This document shows positions 54,784-64,000 of a stretch of 64,000 bases of DNA, piece after piece. The stretch lies in IMG/VR virus record IMGVR_UViG_3300025000_000085, one strand, 5' to 3'. The stretch is from an uncultured virus (IMG/VR IMGVR_UViG_3300025000_000085) (Duplodnaviria; Heunggongvirae; Uroviricota; Caudoviricetes). Both the position numbers and the translations under genes were made by a program. Each line of letters begins with the position of its first letter. Position 1 is the first letter of the stretch. The notes under the pieces were generated by a model that was not told the DNA's origin, searched no databases, and was given only the letters and a program-made list of their open reading frames with translations.

Positions 54784-56447
54784 CGACCTTTAGGATAGAC
54801 GATGGACTGGACGTGCGCAAGCACGCCGGGGAACGTCTCGCGGAAGGCCTGCTCCCTTGGAGCGTCCATCGACGATTTCCCGCTCACAACAATGTTATAG
54901 GCCTCGGCGAATGTCTCTTCATTCCCGCCGTCCCCGGACAAGAAGTAGTCAAGTTGAGCCCGTTTTTCTTTCTTCATCGCGCTGATGTCGCTGGCGTAGG
55001 CCTTCATGAAGGGCTTCCTGGCGCTCAGCGGATTCTTGCGCGATAAGTCGAAAGCATGCCCGATCTCATGATGGACGACTCGCTCTACAGGGCGATCGCC
55101 GATCCACTGCCCGGTTGTGAAGTCCTTCCACTTCTCTGCGCAGATCACCTTGTTGTCGTAGAACACGGCCTGGACGTGCTCGAAGGTGGTTCCAGGAAAG
55201 AAGTTGCGTGGGCGCTGCGAGGCCAGCTCGGGCGCATGGTCAACTACCTTCTCTCCGACGACGTACTCGACTTTGGCCGCCTTGAGCCGCCTCCTTACAT
55301 GATCTGGCGTATTTCGGAAGGCCTCGTGCACCTGCTCCACTGTGCTCTCCTGCACGGGGCTGGCCATCTCGAGCTTGCTCCCTGGGATGACCGGTCGAGG
55401 GACGGATGCTGTTGGAGGCAGGACGGGCGCCGGCGGATAGCTCGGCGTGTACTCGCTCGCCCCCTCCACCCAAGCGTTCGCCGTGCACCGGCATCGCCCG
55501 TGGTACGGCGGCAACACGGTGCCCTGGCTCGCCAGCTCGGCCGCACCCTTGCCCACCACGTCCGCCGGCGGACGCCATGGTGCGACCTGCTTGGCCTCCT
55601 CAGGGCTCCCAGCCTCCATCATGGCGTTGCGCTGGCCCACCACCTGGGCGATCTCGAAGCGCTGCCCGCTCAGGTGGCGGCAGGTCGGGCAGGTGGCCTC
55701 GTCCTCGGGGTTGAGGATCTCGACCACGCTGATGCCGCCCTGGACGAAGGACTCCACGGCGCCGAAGGAGCGCGACCGCACTGCTGCGGCGTTGGCCACC
55801 ACCTCCCAGTAGGACAGCGGCTTCTCGCCGACGAGCTCCGGGCCGAGCTGCGTCTGCAGCACCTTGGCTGCGTCCTTGTAGCTCAGCCCCTGCTGGACGA
55901 CGTGTTCGTCGACGATGCCAGCGATGCGCCCACTGAACTGGTCGGGGTAGGCCTTGCCGACCCAGTACAGGTGGTGGTCGGCGAGCCATCCCTTGGCCTG
56001 CTGGTCGACGGTGTTGAAGGTCACGCTCTGCTTCAGGTCGGCCGCCACGCCGTCTCGGCCAATGCCGTACGCGATGCCAATCTTGTCCTCGTAGAGCGGC
56101 TGCAGCGACTCCTCGAGGCCGTCGAAGCGTCGAGCGATGATGCGCAGCACCGTGCGGGCCATCGCTGGCTTCGTCGATGCGAGCTTGCCGATGGCCTTGA
56201 GTGCCTTGCGGGCCCGGCGGTCCCATTCTTCGGCGCTCAGCGTGGCCAGGTCGTGCTCGACACGGACGAGCTTCCGCAGCCGGGCCTGCTGCTGGTCGTC
56301 GTCCTTCTGGGCCAGCAGGACACAGTCCTCTGCGAGCCGGACACCCTTCTCGGCTGCGGTCTCGAGCGACCACGCCCCGTGGGGGGGCCAGAGGGACGAT
56401 GCCGCAGCGAGGGCGGAGAGTGGGTGGTGAGCGCAGGAGCAGGTCAT
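54780..56447 (-). CDS. Mu gpF-like head morphogenesis protein fused to an HExxH (lethal-factor-like) metallopeptidase
   Basis: DEATCPTC..L.G, LPPYHGRCRC; C-terminal VVHHEIGHAFD..EETFAEAY. Confidence 0.85.
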   Translation of the reverse strand: MTCSCAHHPLSALAAASSLWPPHGAWSLETAAEKGVRLAEDCVLLAQKDDDQQQARLRKLVRVEHDLATLSAEEWDRRARKALKAIGKLASTKPAMARTVLRIIARRFDGLEESLQPLYEDKIGIAYGIGRDGVAADLKQSVTFNTVDQQAKGWLADHHLYWVGKAYPDQFSGRIAGIVDEHVVQQGLSYKDAAKVLQTQLGPELVGEKPLSYWEVVANAAAVRSRSFGAVESFVQGGISVVEILNPEDEATCPTCRHLSGQRFEIAQVVGQRNAMMEAGSPEEAKQVAPWRPPADVVGKGAAELASQGTVLPPYHGRCRCTANAWVEGASEYTPSYPPAPVLPPTASVPRPVIPGSKLEMASPVQESTVEQVHEAFRNTPDHVRRRLKAAKVEYVVGEKVVDHAPELASQRPRNFFPGTTFEHVQAVFYDNKVICAEKWKDFTTGQWIGDRPVERVVHHEIGHAFDLSRKNPLSARKPFMKAYASDISAMKKEKRAQLDYFLSGDGGNEETFAEAYNIVVSGKSSMDAPREQAFRETFPGVLAHVQSIVYPKGR

Positions 56448-58894
56448 CCCTGCTGCTCCGGGGTGGAGACGCTGCGCTGCTGCAGCGCTACCTTCTGGAC
56501 CAGCACGCCCTTGAGGGCCCTCAGCGCGACCACGATGTCCTGATCGGCATCGAGTTGCGCTGCAGCCAGATCGGGAGCGGCAAAACCTCCGGCTCCCTTC
56601 TCGGCGCGGCCCCGCTCAGTGCCCGGGGTGTTCCCCTCGCTCGAAGCGGACGCAGCCGAAGGCTTGGCCGGTGGCTGCGCCTCCGGCTGCTGTCCGGCCT
56701 GGGCCGTCGGGGCCTGGGGTGCGCCGGAGGTCCCCCCGGGCAACCCGTGCTGCGCTCCGGGCTGCGGCTCCTGGCCGGGGATCTGCCCCATCTTCGCCGC
56801 TGCCAGCGTGAGGTCCCAGGGCTGGTCGCCCCAGTCGCCTTCGATCTGCGGCCAGTCCTCGCCAATCTCCCGAGAAATGAGCTGACGGCTTCGCTCCGGC
56901 GTGTCTGCGCCCAGCTCCTTGGCCAGCCGCAGCCACTTCTCCCGTTGATCGCTGCTCATGATCTTCGGGCCACGCAGGGTCATCTGGTGGAAGCGAACGC
57001 GCATGGCGTGCCAGAGCGGATCCAGCCAATTCATGGTGCGGCGACGCTCTGGGCCGTAGACTTGGTGGTCGTCCATGATCAGCGAGCTCTCGGCGCTGGC
57101 GAAGCTGTCGTCCTCGCTCTCGCCGAGGGCCTTGTTGCTCAATCCTTTGGTGCCGCGGATGATCTTGCGGGCCCGGTCGATGAAGGGACCGTACATGTCG
57201 TCAGGGATAACCTTGATCTGGTCCACCGAGACGGGGCGCCCCTTGTTCCCCCCGTCCTCGCCCAGATCGATGTCGCCGGGCGGCGTGACCTCGAGGTAGA
57301 GCACCTCGTTGGTCTTCTCTGGGGCGTTCTCCCTTGCCTTGTCGCTGATCTCCTTCTGTCGCTGGATCTGCTTGGCGACGGCGGTGCCGAGTACACTGAT
57401 GATCACCCGAGGGATCTTGGGGCTGACGATCCCAGAATGGACGGCGGCTTCGGCGCCCATCAGCCCGAGCACCAGCTCCTGGTCGCCCCACCACCACGGG
57501 GCGCCGTAGGGACTCCACGTCGGCTCGGGGTTGATGTCGATGAGCAGCTCGTTGGCCCAGACCGAAGGAGGGAAGACCTTCATGTCCGGCCACTGCCCGA
57601 GGGCGTAGTTGCCGATCACGGCGCCGGTGCGGCTGTCGACAATCCGGGGGTCGCCGAACTGCTGGAAGTAGACGTACTGGCCGCGCCGCTCGTGGATGAT
57701 GAGCCGCCACCGGCGGGTCTCGTAGGCCTTCTCGTAGCGAGGCACGGGCTCACCACCGATGAGCAGGTTCTCGGGATCGTCCTCGTCTCCGTCGATGAGC
57801 CACCAGACCGGCGACAGGATTGGAGCGCAGGCGGGACACCAGCGCAGCGTCTCTGCTTCGACGTGGCGCAGCCCGTATGGCCGCCCCCGATAGTCGACCT
57901 TCGACCAGTCGGGCTGCTGGCCGGACTTGACGGCGTTGAGCGCCCACGCAGCGGCCTGCGCGTAGAGGGCGGCAACGGCAGGATCGGCGGGCGAGGCGTC
58001 CCCTGCCGACTTCATCCCCATGACCGCCGGCACGGAGAGCATCGGGCTGGTTCCGCCGAACAGACCGAACAGCGCTCCGCTGGCGGTGGCCGTTGCGTCG
58101 ATGCTCGAATCGGAGCCCAGCGGCAGACGCAGGTGCGGAGGTGGCGTGCGCAGCGCCTCGAGGGCCCGCATGCCGATCCCCTCCCGATCGCGCCGAGCCT
58201 TGCTCAGGCCGGAGACCCAGTCGTCCTCGCTGCCGAACGAGTACTCGAGGAAGCGCTTGAGCAAACGCCGCTCCGCACGCACGGCCTTTTTCAATGCCTC
58301 GGGCGTGCCCTCCTTGACGGTGACCGTCTCCTTGGGATCGTTGGCTCCCTGCATCTCGACGTTGCGGGCGATGGCGTTGCCGCAGCAGGGCAGGATCGAG
58401 CTCCAGGCGTAAATCGAGGACAGCACGCTGAGGTTCTCGACGGAGGCGATCGGCCAGGTGTCGGCCTTGGCCTGCCCGTCTCCCGCCTGCTCCTGCGTCC
58501 AGTAGAAGCCGGAAAACGGATCGGACTCGAGGTAGCGCGACACGCCGCCCCGCACGCTCAGGCTAGCGTCATCCGGCGCTCCCTCCTCGTAGGCGGACTT
58601 GCGTGCCTCCTCGTGTTGCTGACGCACGCTGGCCAGCTTCTCGCTGCAAGCCTTGTGCGCGGCCTCGACCAGGGAGGGGCTGCCGCCCCCCTCGCCGAGC
58701 AACTCCGCTCCATGGGGCCCGATGATCTCAGCCAGCGTCTTCCCTTTGGCGGCCTCGACGAAGAACATGCTGCCCGGCATGCTCTCGGGGTCGAGCCGGC
58801 CCGGAGCACTCGGGGGGGCCAGCGGATCGTGCACCGTGGCAGCGTTCATGGCCATCAGGGCGCCTGGGGCAGTGGTCGGATGCGAGTCGCTCAT
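56444..58894 (-). CDS. Portal protein (PBSX-like) with insertions
   Basis: DREGIG..LE.LR, YFQQFGDPR, ANELL, YGAPWW; follows TerL. Confidence 0.85.
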   Translation of the reverse strand: MSDSHPTTAPGALMAMNAATVHDPLAPPSAPGRLDPESMPGSMFFVEAAKGKTLAEIIGPHGAELLGEGGGSPSLVEAAHKACSEKLASVRQQHEEARKSAYEEGAPDDASLSVRGGVSRYLESDPFSGFYWTQEQAGDGQAKADTWPIASVENLSVLSSIYAWSSILPCCGNAIARNVEMQGANDPKETVTVKEGTPEALKKAVRAERRLLKRFLEYSFGSEDDWVSGLSKARRDREGIGMRALEALRTPPPHLRLPLGSDSSIDATATASGALFGLFGGTSPMLSVPAVMGMKSAGDASPADPAVAALYAQAAAWALNAVKSGQQPDWSKVDYRGRPYGLRHVEAETLRWCPACAPILSPVWWLIDGDEDDPENLLIGGEPVPRYEKAYETRRWRLIIHERRGQYVYFQQFGDPRIVDSRTGAVIGNYALGQWPDMKVFPPSVWANELLIDINPEPTWSPYGAPWWWGDQELVLGLMGAEAAVHSGIVSPKIPRVIISVLGTAVAKQIQRQKEISDKARENAPEKTNEVLYLEVTPPGDIDLGEDGGNKGRPVSVDQIKVIPDDMYGPFIDRARKIIRGTKGLSNKALGESEDDSFASAESSLIMDDHQVYGPERRRTMNWLDPLWHAMRVRFHQMTLRGPKIMSSDQREKWLRLAKELGADTPERSRQLISREIGEDWPQIEGDWGDQPWDLTLAAAKMGQIPGQEPQPGAQHGLPGGTSGAPQAPTAQAGQQPEAQPPAKPSAASASSEGNTPGTERGRAEKGAGGFAAPDLAAAQLDADQDIVVALRALKGVLVQKVALQQRSVSTPEQQG

Positions 58895-61068
58895 GCGGTT
58901 GCTCCTGCCCTCGCGGGCCTCTGCTGCAGTGCGGCGAGCTCGGCCTCGAGCTGCGCCTTCATGGCCTCCAGGTTGGCGACGTCGAGCGGCTCGTGGCCCT
59001 TGTCGTTGTTCCCCTGGCGATTGCCGCTGGCTGGCCCATCCCCGGCCGAGTCGTCATCCAGCGCCCCACCCTGCCATCTGGCGTCTGTCGCTCCGCCCTG
59101 CTGCCGGCGGCGGTCCAGGGCCCGCAGGAACTTGCGGACGAGCGTCATGAGGAACCAGAGCATCATCACGCCGTCGTCGTGGCCCTCTTTGCCCCAGCCC
59201 CAGAGCTCGTTGCAGAGCACGTCGACGAGGGCGCGCTGCTCGATGGCCTGCGGATCATCGCCCTCGGGGTAGGGCAGCTCGATCTGGCCATTCTCGAAGT
59301 AGGCGCTGAGCCCGGGGACGCCGTCGCGCAGATGGCGCTTGCGCTTGTCGGTGTTGATGGCCTTGAGCGGCAGGTCGGACGAACTGCGCACGCCGTGGAA
59401 GTAGAGCTCCTTCTGCAATCCGACCGTCTCGACCGCCACCCGGAACATCACGTCGAGCTCATCGGGGCGGATGTAGGCGGCCTCGGCCTCCATTCGCTGG
59501 CGCGTCTGCGCGGGCGTCATGCCGCGCTCGCGGTACAGCCGCAGCACCACGAGGTGACGGGTCTCGGGATGGATGGCCACCGCGCCAGAGAACGTGTAGT
59601 TCGAGTCCGAAGCCTCGGCGTGGTCCTTGTCCCGCACCCAGCCGAAGTCCCATGCCTGGAACACGGCGAGAGGTTCGACGCCCCCCATGGCCCGAACGAC
59701 GTCGTCCCAGGACTCGCAGAAGCGCCGGCCCCGCCCGCGCTCCTTGGCCGCCTTCAGTCCCTCGAGCTTGAACGCTGAGGCCTCGTCGGCCATCGGCTCG
59801 TTCTGGTATTCAGCCTCGAAGGCGACGGGGCCGATGTCCCAGCGCTCCTGCAGCAGCCTGGAAACGGGCCAGCGGGACGGCCAGAGCGACCACTGGACGA
59901 GCTTCTCGATGTAGCCGAGGGCAGCCTTGCGGCTCGGGACCTTGCGCACATCCTGGTACAGGGCGCGGTAGAGCCGCTTGCGCCAGGTCTTGAAGTGGTC
60001 CTTGCTCAGCAGCCTGGCGAGCATGCTGTCGTGGTGCAGGATCGTGCCCACGACGATGAGCACGCCTGCCTGGTTGTCCAGGCAGGGGATCAGCACCTTG
60101 GTCAGCCAGTCCAGCGTCTTCTGGCGCTGGGCCTCGGTATCCACGAACTCGTCGTTCTCGCCGTCGTCGAGGATCACCAGGTCGGGCCGGTAATCGCCGT
60201 ATTTCGCCCCGCGGATCTTCGTTCGGGTGCCGAACACCACCACCCGGATGCCGGTGCTGGTGATGATGTCGACCTCGGTCCACTTGCCGCCCTTCTTCGG
60301 CACCAGGTCGCCGAAGTCGTCCCGAAAGCGCTCGTTGCCCTCCAGTTCCGCCTTCAGCGCAGAGAGGTAGGCCTTCCCCTGCCCCATGGTGTCGGCGCCG
60401 ATCATCATGAACCGGGTCAGCTTGTAGGCCACGGCGTGCAGGCGCAGCAGGTCGTAGATCGAGGTTTTCCCGTGCTGGCGGGGGCAGGCGTCGGCGGCCG
60501 AGCGAGGAGCGGCATCCAGTGCCTGCTCTCGAGTCAAGGCCTCCCACTCGTCGGGGGAGTAGTAGACGGACGGCAACCGCTTCGCTGCGTCCTCCTCGCT
60601 CTCGCCCTCCTCCCGGTCGATGTTGGCCCCGGCGGGGATGCCGTCCCGGTCGACGAGAACCTGGACGCTCCTCCAGTCCCGGGTGTCGGTCTGCGGGGCG
60701 CTGGGCAGCGTTCGGTCAACGACCATCTCCACGTAGTCGTTGACGATCTGCTCGTGATGCGGGCCGAACGCGCAGGTGAACTTCTCCGGCAGGTAGTAGG
60801 CGCCGAACCAGAGGGGGTCGCTCAGGCCCCGGGCCTTGCGCTCCTCGCGGTCGAGGACGTCGAGCTCGATCTCCAGATCCTCGACCTCCCTGCTGACGCT
60901 GATCAGCTCCGCAGGGGTGAGGAACTGAGCGGCCTCAGCCCACGCTGCCCGAAGACGAGCGATCTTCGCCGCCAGAGCCTCCCGGAATGACTCCCTGGAT
61001 GCGGGCGGAACGGGCTCGGTCCTCGAGACGGGCGCTGATGGCGTCGATGCGGCTGCCAAGCTGCTCAC
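58891..61068 (-). CDS. terL: Terminase large subunit
   Basis: PRQHGKT, IRG....RPDLVILDDGEND, VGTILH.DS, AEYQNEP, HDDGV. Confidence 0.93.
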   Translation of the reverse strand: MSSLAAASTPSAPVSRTEPVPPASRESFREALAAKIARLRAAWAEAAQFLTPAELISVSREVEDLEIELDVLDREERKARGLSDPLWFGAYYLPEKFTCAFGPHHEQIVNDYVEMVVDRTLPSAPQTDTRDWRSVQVLVDRDGIPAGANIDREEGESEEDAAKRLPSVYYSPDEWEALTREQALDAAPRSAADACPRQHGKTSIYDLLRLHAVAYKLTRFMMIGADTMGQGKAYLSALKAELEGNERFRDDFGDLVPKKGGKWTEVDIITSTGIRVVVFGTRTKIRGAKYGDYRPDLVILDDGENDEFVDTEAQRQKTLDWLTKVLIPCLDNQAGVLIVVGTILHHDSMLARLLSKDHFKTWRKRLYRALYQDVRKVPSRKAALGYIEKLVQWSLWPSRWPVSRLLQERWDIGPVAFEAEYQNEPMADEASAFKLEGLKAAKERGRGRRFCESWDDVVRAMGGVEPLAVFQAWDFGWVRDKDHAEASDSNYTFSGAVAIHPETRHLVVLRLYRERGMTPAQTRQRMEAEAAYIRPDELDVMFRVAVETVGLQKELYFHGVRSSSDLPLKAINTDKRKRHLRDGVPGLSAYFENGQIELPYPEGDDPQAIEQRALVDVLCNELWGWGKEGHDDGVMMLWFLMTLVRKFLRALDRRRQQGGATDARWQGGALDDDSAGDGPASGNRQGNNDKGHEPLDVANLEAMKAQLEAELAALQQRPARAGATA

Positions 61069-61615
61069 GCTGCCCCTCTTCTCCTGAAACGGCGATGCTG
61101 CCGCCGATGATCATGGTGGCCTTGCCACGCAGCAGGCGCTCTGCGTCGACGCAGACCTTGAGCGCTCCGCTGATCTGCTTCACGTCGCCGAACGGAATCA
61201 CCGCCCTCAACGCTGTCGTCAGGTCCCACGAAAGCACGGCCAGCCGGTCGGCCATGGCTCGCGGATCGGCGATGGCCGGGTGATTCTCGTCGGCCGGCGG
61301 TTCCTTGCTCAGCGACTCCAACTCGGCGATGACCTTGAGCGTCGCCTCCTTGAGCTGCTCGCTCGCCTTCTGCTTGGACTGGGGCTGGCTGGTCGCCTGC
61401 GCTTCGGTTTCGCTTTTCGGTTTTCGCCCTTCGGTTTTTGACCCGGATAACGAAGATTCGTCAGGCAGTTGGACGACGACCTTTTCCTCGCTGTTCACCC
61501 AGGCGTGCACTGTAGACAAAGAACGCACATTCAGTTCATTGGCGATCTGCTGGTAGCTGTTCCCTGCGGCATGCAGCTCTCGTGCCTTCTTCCTGTGGGT
61601 GGGCGGGTAGGCCAT
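60935..61615 (-). CDS. Terminase small subunit (N-terminal HTH)
   Basis: ARELHAAGNSYQQIANELNV.SLSTVHAW; ERLLRGKAT; upstream of TerL. Confidence 0.75.
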   Translation of the reverse strand: MAYPPTHRKKARELHAAGNSYQQIANELNVRSLSTVHAWVNSEEKVVVQLPDESSLSGSKTEGRKPKSETEAQATSQPQSKQKASEQLKEATLKVIAELESLSKEPPADENHPAIADPRAMADRLAVLSWDLTTALRAVIPFGDVKQISGALKVCVDAERLLRGKATMIIGGSIAVSGEEGQREQLGSRIDAISARLEDRARSARIQGVIPGGSGGEDRSSSGSVG

Positions 61616-61618
61616 CGC

Positions 61619-62323
61619 TCAGCCCTCCCCGCCGGCCACGGACGACCCAACTCTGCGCTGCAGCTGCTCGACCATGTCCTTCAACTCCTCTGGCAGGGTC
61701 CCGATCACGATCACGCAGGCAGCGCCCACCCTCGACCTCGCACCTCCTCCAGCTTCACCCTGACCGCTAGGAGCGCTACGAGGTTCGGTGCCCTCCCGCA
61801 TTGGCCAGCCGACGGAGACGGCCCACTCGTCGAGCTCGTGGCGAAGAGCCTCGGCCTCTTGCATCCGCCCGCGCTTGCGCAAGTAGCTGATCCTCGCTCG
61901 GATCTTGTCCGTCTCTTTCCTGCAGCTCATGGAGCAGTAGCGAGGATCGTGCGAGGATCCGCCGCCCCGGCCGCGCTTCTCTGCTCGCTCCCTGGCATGG
62001 CCGGGACAAGACGGTCGACAGCATCCGCGCGGAGGCCTACTGCTCGGGAGCGCCGTTCCAGGCTGCTGCAGCACCCGCTTCGCCAGTTCGGCCGACACGG
62101 ACACCATGTCCCCGCTCGCAAGGCAGCGCTGTTCGCCGACAGCGCAATGCTTGCAGGCCATCAGGTCCTCCGCCTGCAGCCCCTTGGCCCGGCCCATGCG
62201 CCGATCTACGCAGAGGCGCAGCTGGAGCCGCACCTTCAGTCGCTGGCAGTCGACGAGCATCATGCTGCCCATCTGGACCTGCAGCTGCTGGTCGAGGCGC
62301 CGACGATCATCCGCCACGGTCAC
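61619..62323 (-). CDS. Cys-rich hypothetical protein
   Basis: C..C..G and YCSMSC motifs; GTGA coupling. Confidence 0.6.
   Translation of the reverse strand: MTVADDRRRLDQQLQVQMGSMMLVDCQRLKVRLQLRLCVDRRMGRAKGLQAEDLMACKHCAVGEQRCLASGDMVSVSAELAKRVLQQPGTALPSSRPPRGCCRPSCPGHARERAEKRGRGGGSSHDPRYCSMSCRKETDKIRARISYLRKRGRMQEAEALRHELDEWAVSVGWPMREGTEPRSAPSGQGEAGGGARSRVGAACVIVIGTLPEELKDMVEQLQRRVGSSVAGGEG
61766..61782 (-). promoter_or_regulatory. Late-promoter motif copy upstream of the terminase
   Basis: GCTAGGAGCGCTA-C-GAG, ~150 bp before terS. Confidence 0.6.
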
Positions 62324-62706
62324 TCCCCTACCGAGAAGTGCCGCCACCCTTCCCGCTCCCGATGGCGCCACACCTCCCGCCAGGGCTCGGGCTTGTCTTC
62401 GAGGGCTCTGGCCTCCTGCTCGAGCCGGATGGCCCGGTAGGCCATGGCTCCGGCGTCCTCCTGCCAGCGCAGCGCCCAGCGGGCCCGCAGCCAGTCGAGG
62501 ACGTAGAACCAGCCGAAGCGGAGCAGGCCGAGCTCCTCGAACTGCAGCACGTGCACGGCCTCGTGGCGCAGCAGCCGGTCAGAGGCCTCGACGCCCCCGC
62601 GCACGAAGATGTGCCTGCCGATGGTGACGGCCGCCGGACGGATCACGAGGGACAGCAGCGCGGGCACCCAGCTGTTGAGGTGGAGGATGGGGACGACCTT
62701 ACTCAT
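62320..62706 (-). CDS. DUF4157-like HExxH metallopeptidase
   Basis: AVTIGRHIF..LLRHEAVHVLQF..LEQEA. Confidence 0.75.
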   Translation of the reverse strand: MSKVVPILHLNSWVPALLSLVIRPAAVTIGRHIFVRGGVEASDRLLRHEAVHVLQFEELGLLRFGWFYVLDWLRARWALRWQEDAGAMAYRAIRLEQEARALEDKPEPWREVWRHREREGWRHFSVGE

Positions 62707-62803
62707 GCTGCTGCTGCTCCTCCGCCGGCGCACCGCAGCGCTACCGGCAACCAGTCCGCACCCCACCGCTCGAACGGGATGGCAAAGCCTGCAGCTCGAT
62801 CGC

Positions 62804-63208
62804 TCACTGCACCGCCCCCCATCTCCGCAAAAAGTCGAGCATCTCTGCCTCGCTCCGGGCCACGCACCCTCGAGCGCCGAACGACACCTGCCACACCGCC
62901 TGCTCCGGCCGCAGCTTGCCGCTCTCGGTCTTGAGCTCGATGCCGAGCACCACGCCCCGCCCGGGCAGGCCGATGATCAGGTCGGGGAGCCCCCGGCGCT
63001 TCGCCTGCTGCCTCCCGGCCACGCCACGCTGCATCGCCACGTCGGGGATGTGGGCCCAGATGAGCGGCACGCCCCAGGACTGCAGCTCCCGCAGCACGGC
63101 CTCGCAGCGGGCCTGTAGGGTGCGCTCCTCGCCGGAGGGGGCAGGCGCCCGGGGCCCTTCCTGCCACTCTGCAGCAGCGGCGCGACGGCGGTAGCGGGGC
63201 AGGGGCAT
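62804..63208 (-). CDS. VRR-NUC family nuclease
   Basis: GLPDLII..IELKTESGKLRPEQ..W. Confidence 0.85.
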   Translation of the reverse strand: MPLPRYRRRAAAAEWQEGPRAPAPSGEERTLQARCEAVLRELQSWGVPLIWAHIPDVAMQRGVAGRQQAKRRGLPDLIIGLPGRGVVLGIELKTESGKLRPEQAVWQVSFGARGCVARSEAEMLDFLRRWGAVQ

Positions 63209-63834
63209 CAGGCGGCCCTCCGTCCCTTGCCTCGCCCATCCGCAGCTGCAGCCGCTCCAGCCGCTGCAGCTGCCGGGCCCCGCTTCTGACGTACGGCAAC
63301 GAGCTGCTCCCTCCAGATCTGCGCCAGCGTCTTCGCCGGGGGCAGCTGGGCAAGGTCCTCGGCCACGACCTTCTCCCAGCTGCCGGTGGGTCCCGAGGAG
63401 ACGATGCGGCCGCCGCTGGAGGCCTTCAGTGCCAGCGTGGAGGGGAGGAGGCCTTGGCGGACACGGTCCTTCGCTCCTTCGCCCACGAGGCGCACGGACC
63501 ACTCGCCAGTCGCCTCGTCGCAAACCCAGGCTGTGTCGCCCATGCCCCGGCGGGCCATCTCATCGGCGACCTCGGCGTGGAGCATCAGCTCGAGCAGCGC
63601 CTCGTGCTCGAGGGGGGAGACGGGGACGGGAGGAGAGGCCGGGACGTCTGGGGCTCCCACGGGCCGCCCTGCCATCAGCGCCTGCTCAGCATCCTCGCAG
63701 AGCGCCGCGTAGGTGGTGCGGCTGCAGGTCAGCGTGCAGCGGTGGCCGGCGAGCTGCAGGCGCAGGTCTGGGGCCTCGCCATCGGGCAGGTCGAGCCACT
63801 GATCGAAGGTCGTCTCCGCTGGCGTCATGGGCAT
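63208..63834 (-). CDS. Hypothetical protein
   Basis: TGATG coupling to VRR-NUC; GC3-rich codons. Confidence 0.65.
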   Translation of the reverse strand: MPMTPAETTFDQWLDLPDGEAPDLRLQLAGHRCTLTCSRTTYAALCEDAEQALMAGRPVGAPDVPASPPVPVSPLEHEALLELMLHAEVADEMARRGMGDTAWVCDEATGEWSVRLVGEGAKDRVRQGLLPSTLALKASSGGRIVSSGPTGSWEKVVAEDLAQLPPAKTLAQIWREQLVAVRQKRGPAAAAAGAAAAADGRGKGRRAA

Positions 63835-64000
63835 TGTTCAATCCTTCCCGGGATGTACCCCTGTTCCCCTTGTGTACCCCATCTTTTTTGGAGAAGGGGT
63901 ACATGTTTTCCTTTGAAATTTCCGGCAGTTATATCCGATGTAACCCTGTACCCCTTCTTTTCCGGAAAAAAGACCCTGCTAGAAGAAACACGAAGAGGTG

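Larger units (their letters stand above)
1..64000. mobile_element. Temperate contractile-tailed phage/prophage (most of genome; ends not visible)
   Basis: Terminase, portal, MCP, sheath, tube, tape measure, baseplate, lysis genes and a cI/cro switch in lambdoid-like modular order; no flanking host housekeeping block. Confidence 0.95.

Noticed and set aside
1..64000. tRNA or rRNA genes
   Set aside because: No cloverleaf or T-loop signature was recognised by eye; tRNAscan-SE would be needed to exclude them

Overview
This GC-rich window contains most of a temperate, contractile-tailed (myovirus-type) phage or prophage. The host is possibly Myxococcota/deltaproteobacterial, which is inference only. 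Layout from left to right: (1) a leftward cro operon (1-3942) with an ice-nucleation-protein-like gene running off the left edge, an HNH gene, repeat proteins and a reiterated 48-bp element; (2) a cI/cro switch with readable 16-bp operators; (3) a lysogenic accessory block (DUF1828 pair, PIN pair); (4) a rightward early operon (PolB-like exonuclease, SSB-like protein, split RecD2, truncated DUF5131); (5) a moron zone with a Bro-N antirepressor, a BstA-like abortive-infection gene and thymidylate kinase; (6) a long minus-strand late region covering lysis, tail, baseplate, tape measure, head, MuF-toxin fusion, portal and terminase. No integrase or att site is visible. The most notable observations are the INP-like gene, duplicated antisense cassettes with RBS-sequestering hairpins, a 4-copy late-promoter motif, and one ~75-aa module shared by the capsid, baseplate J and tail fibre proteins. 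All family assignments come from motif recognition by eye; no searches were run.
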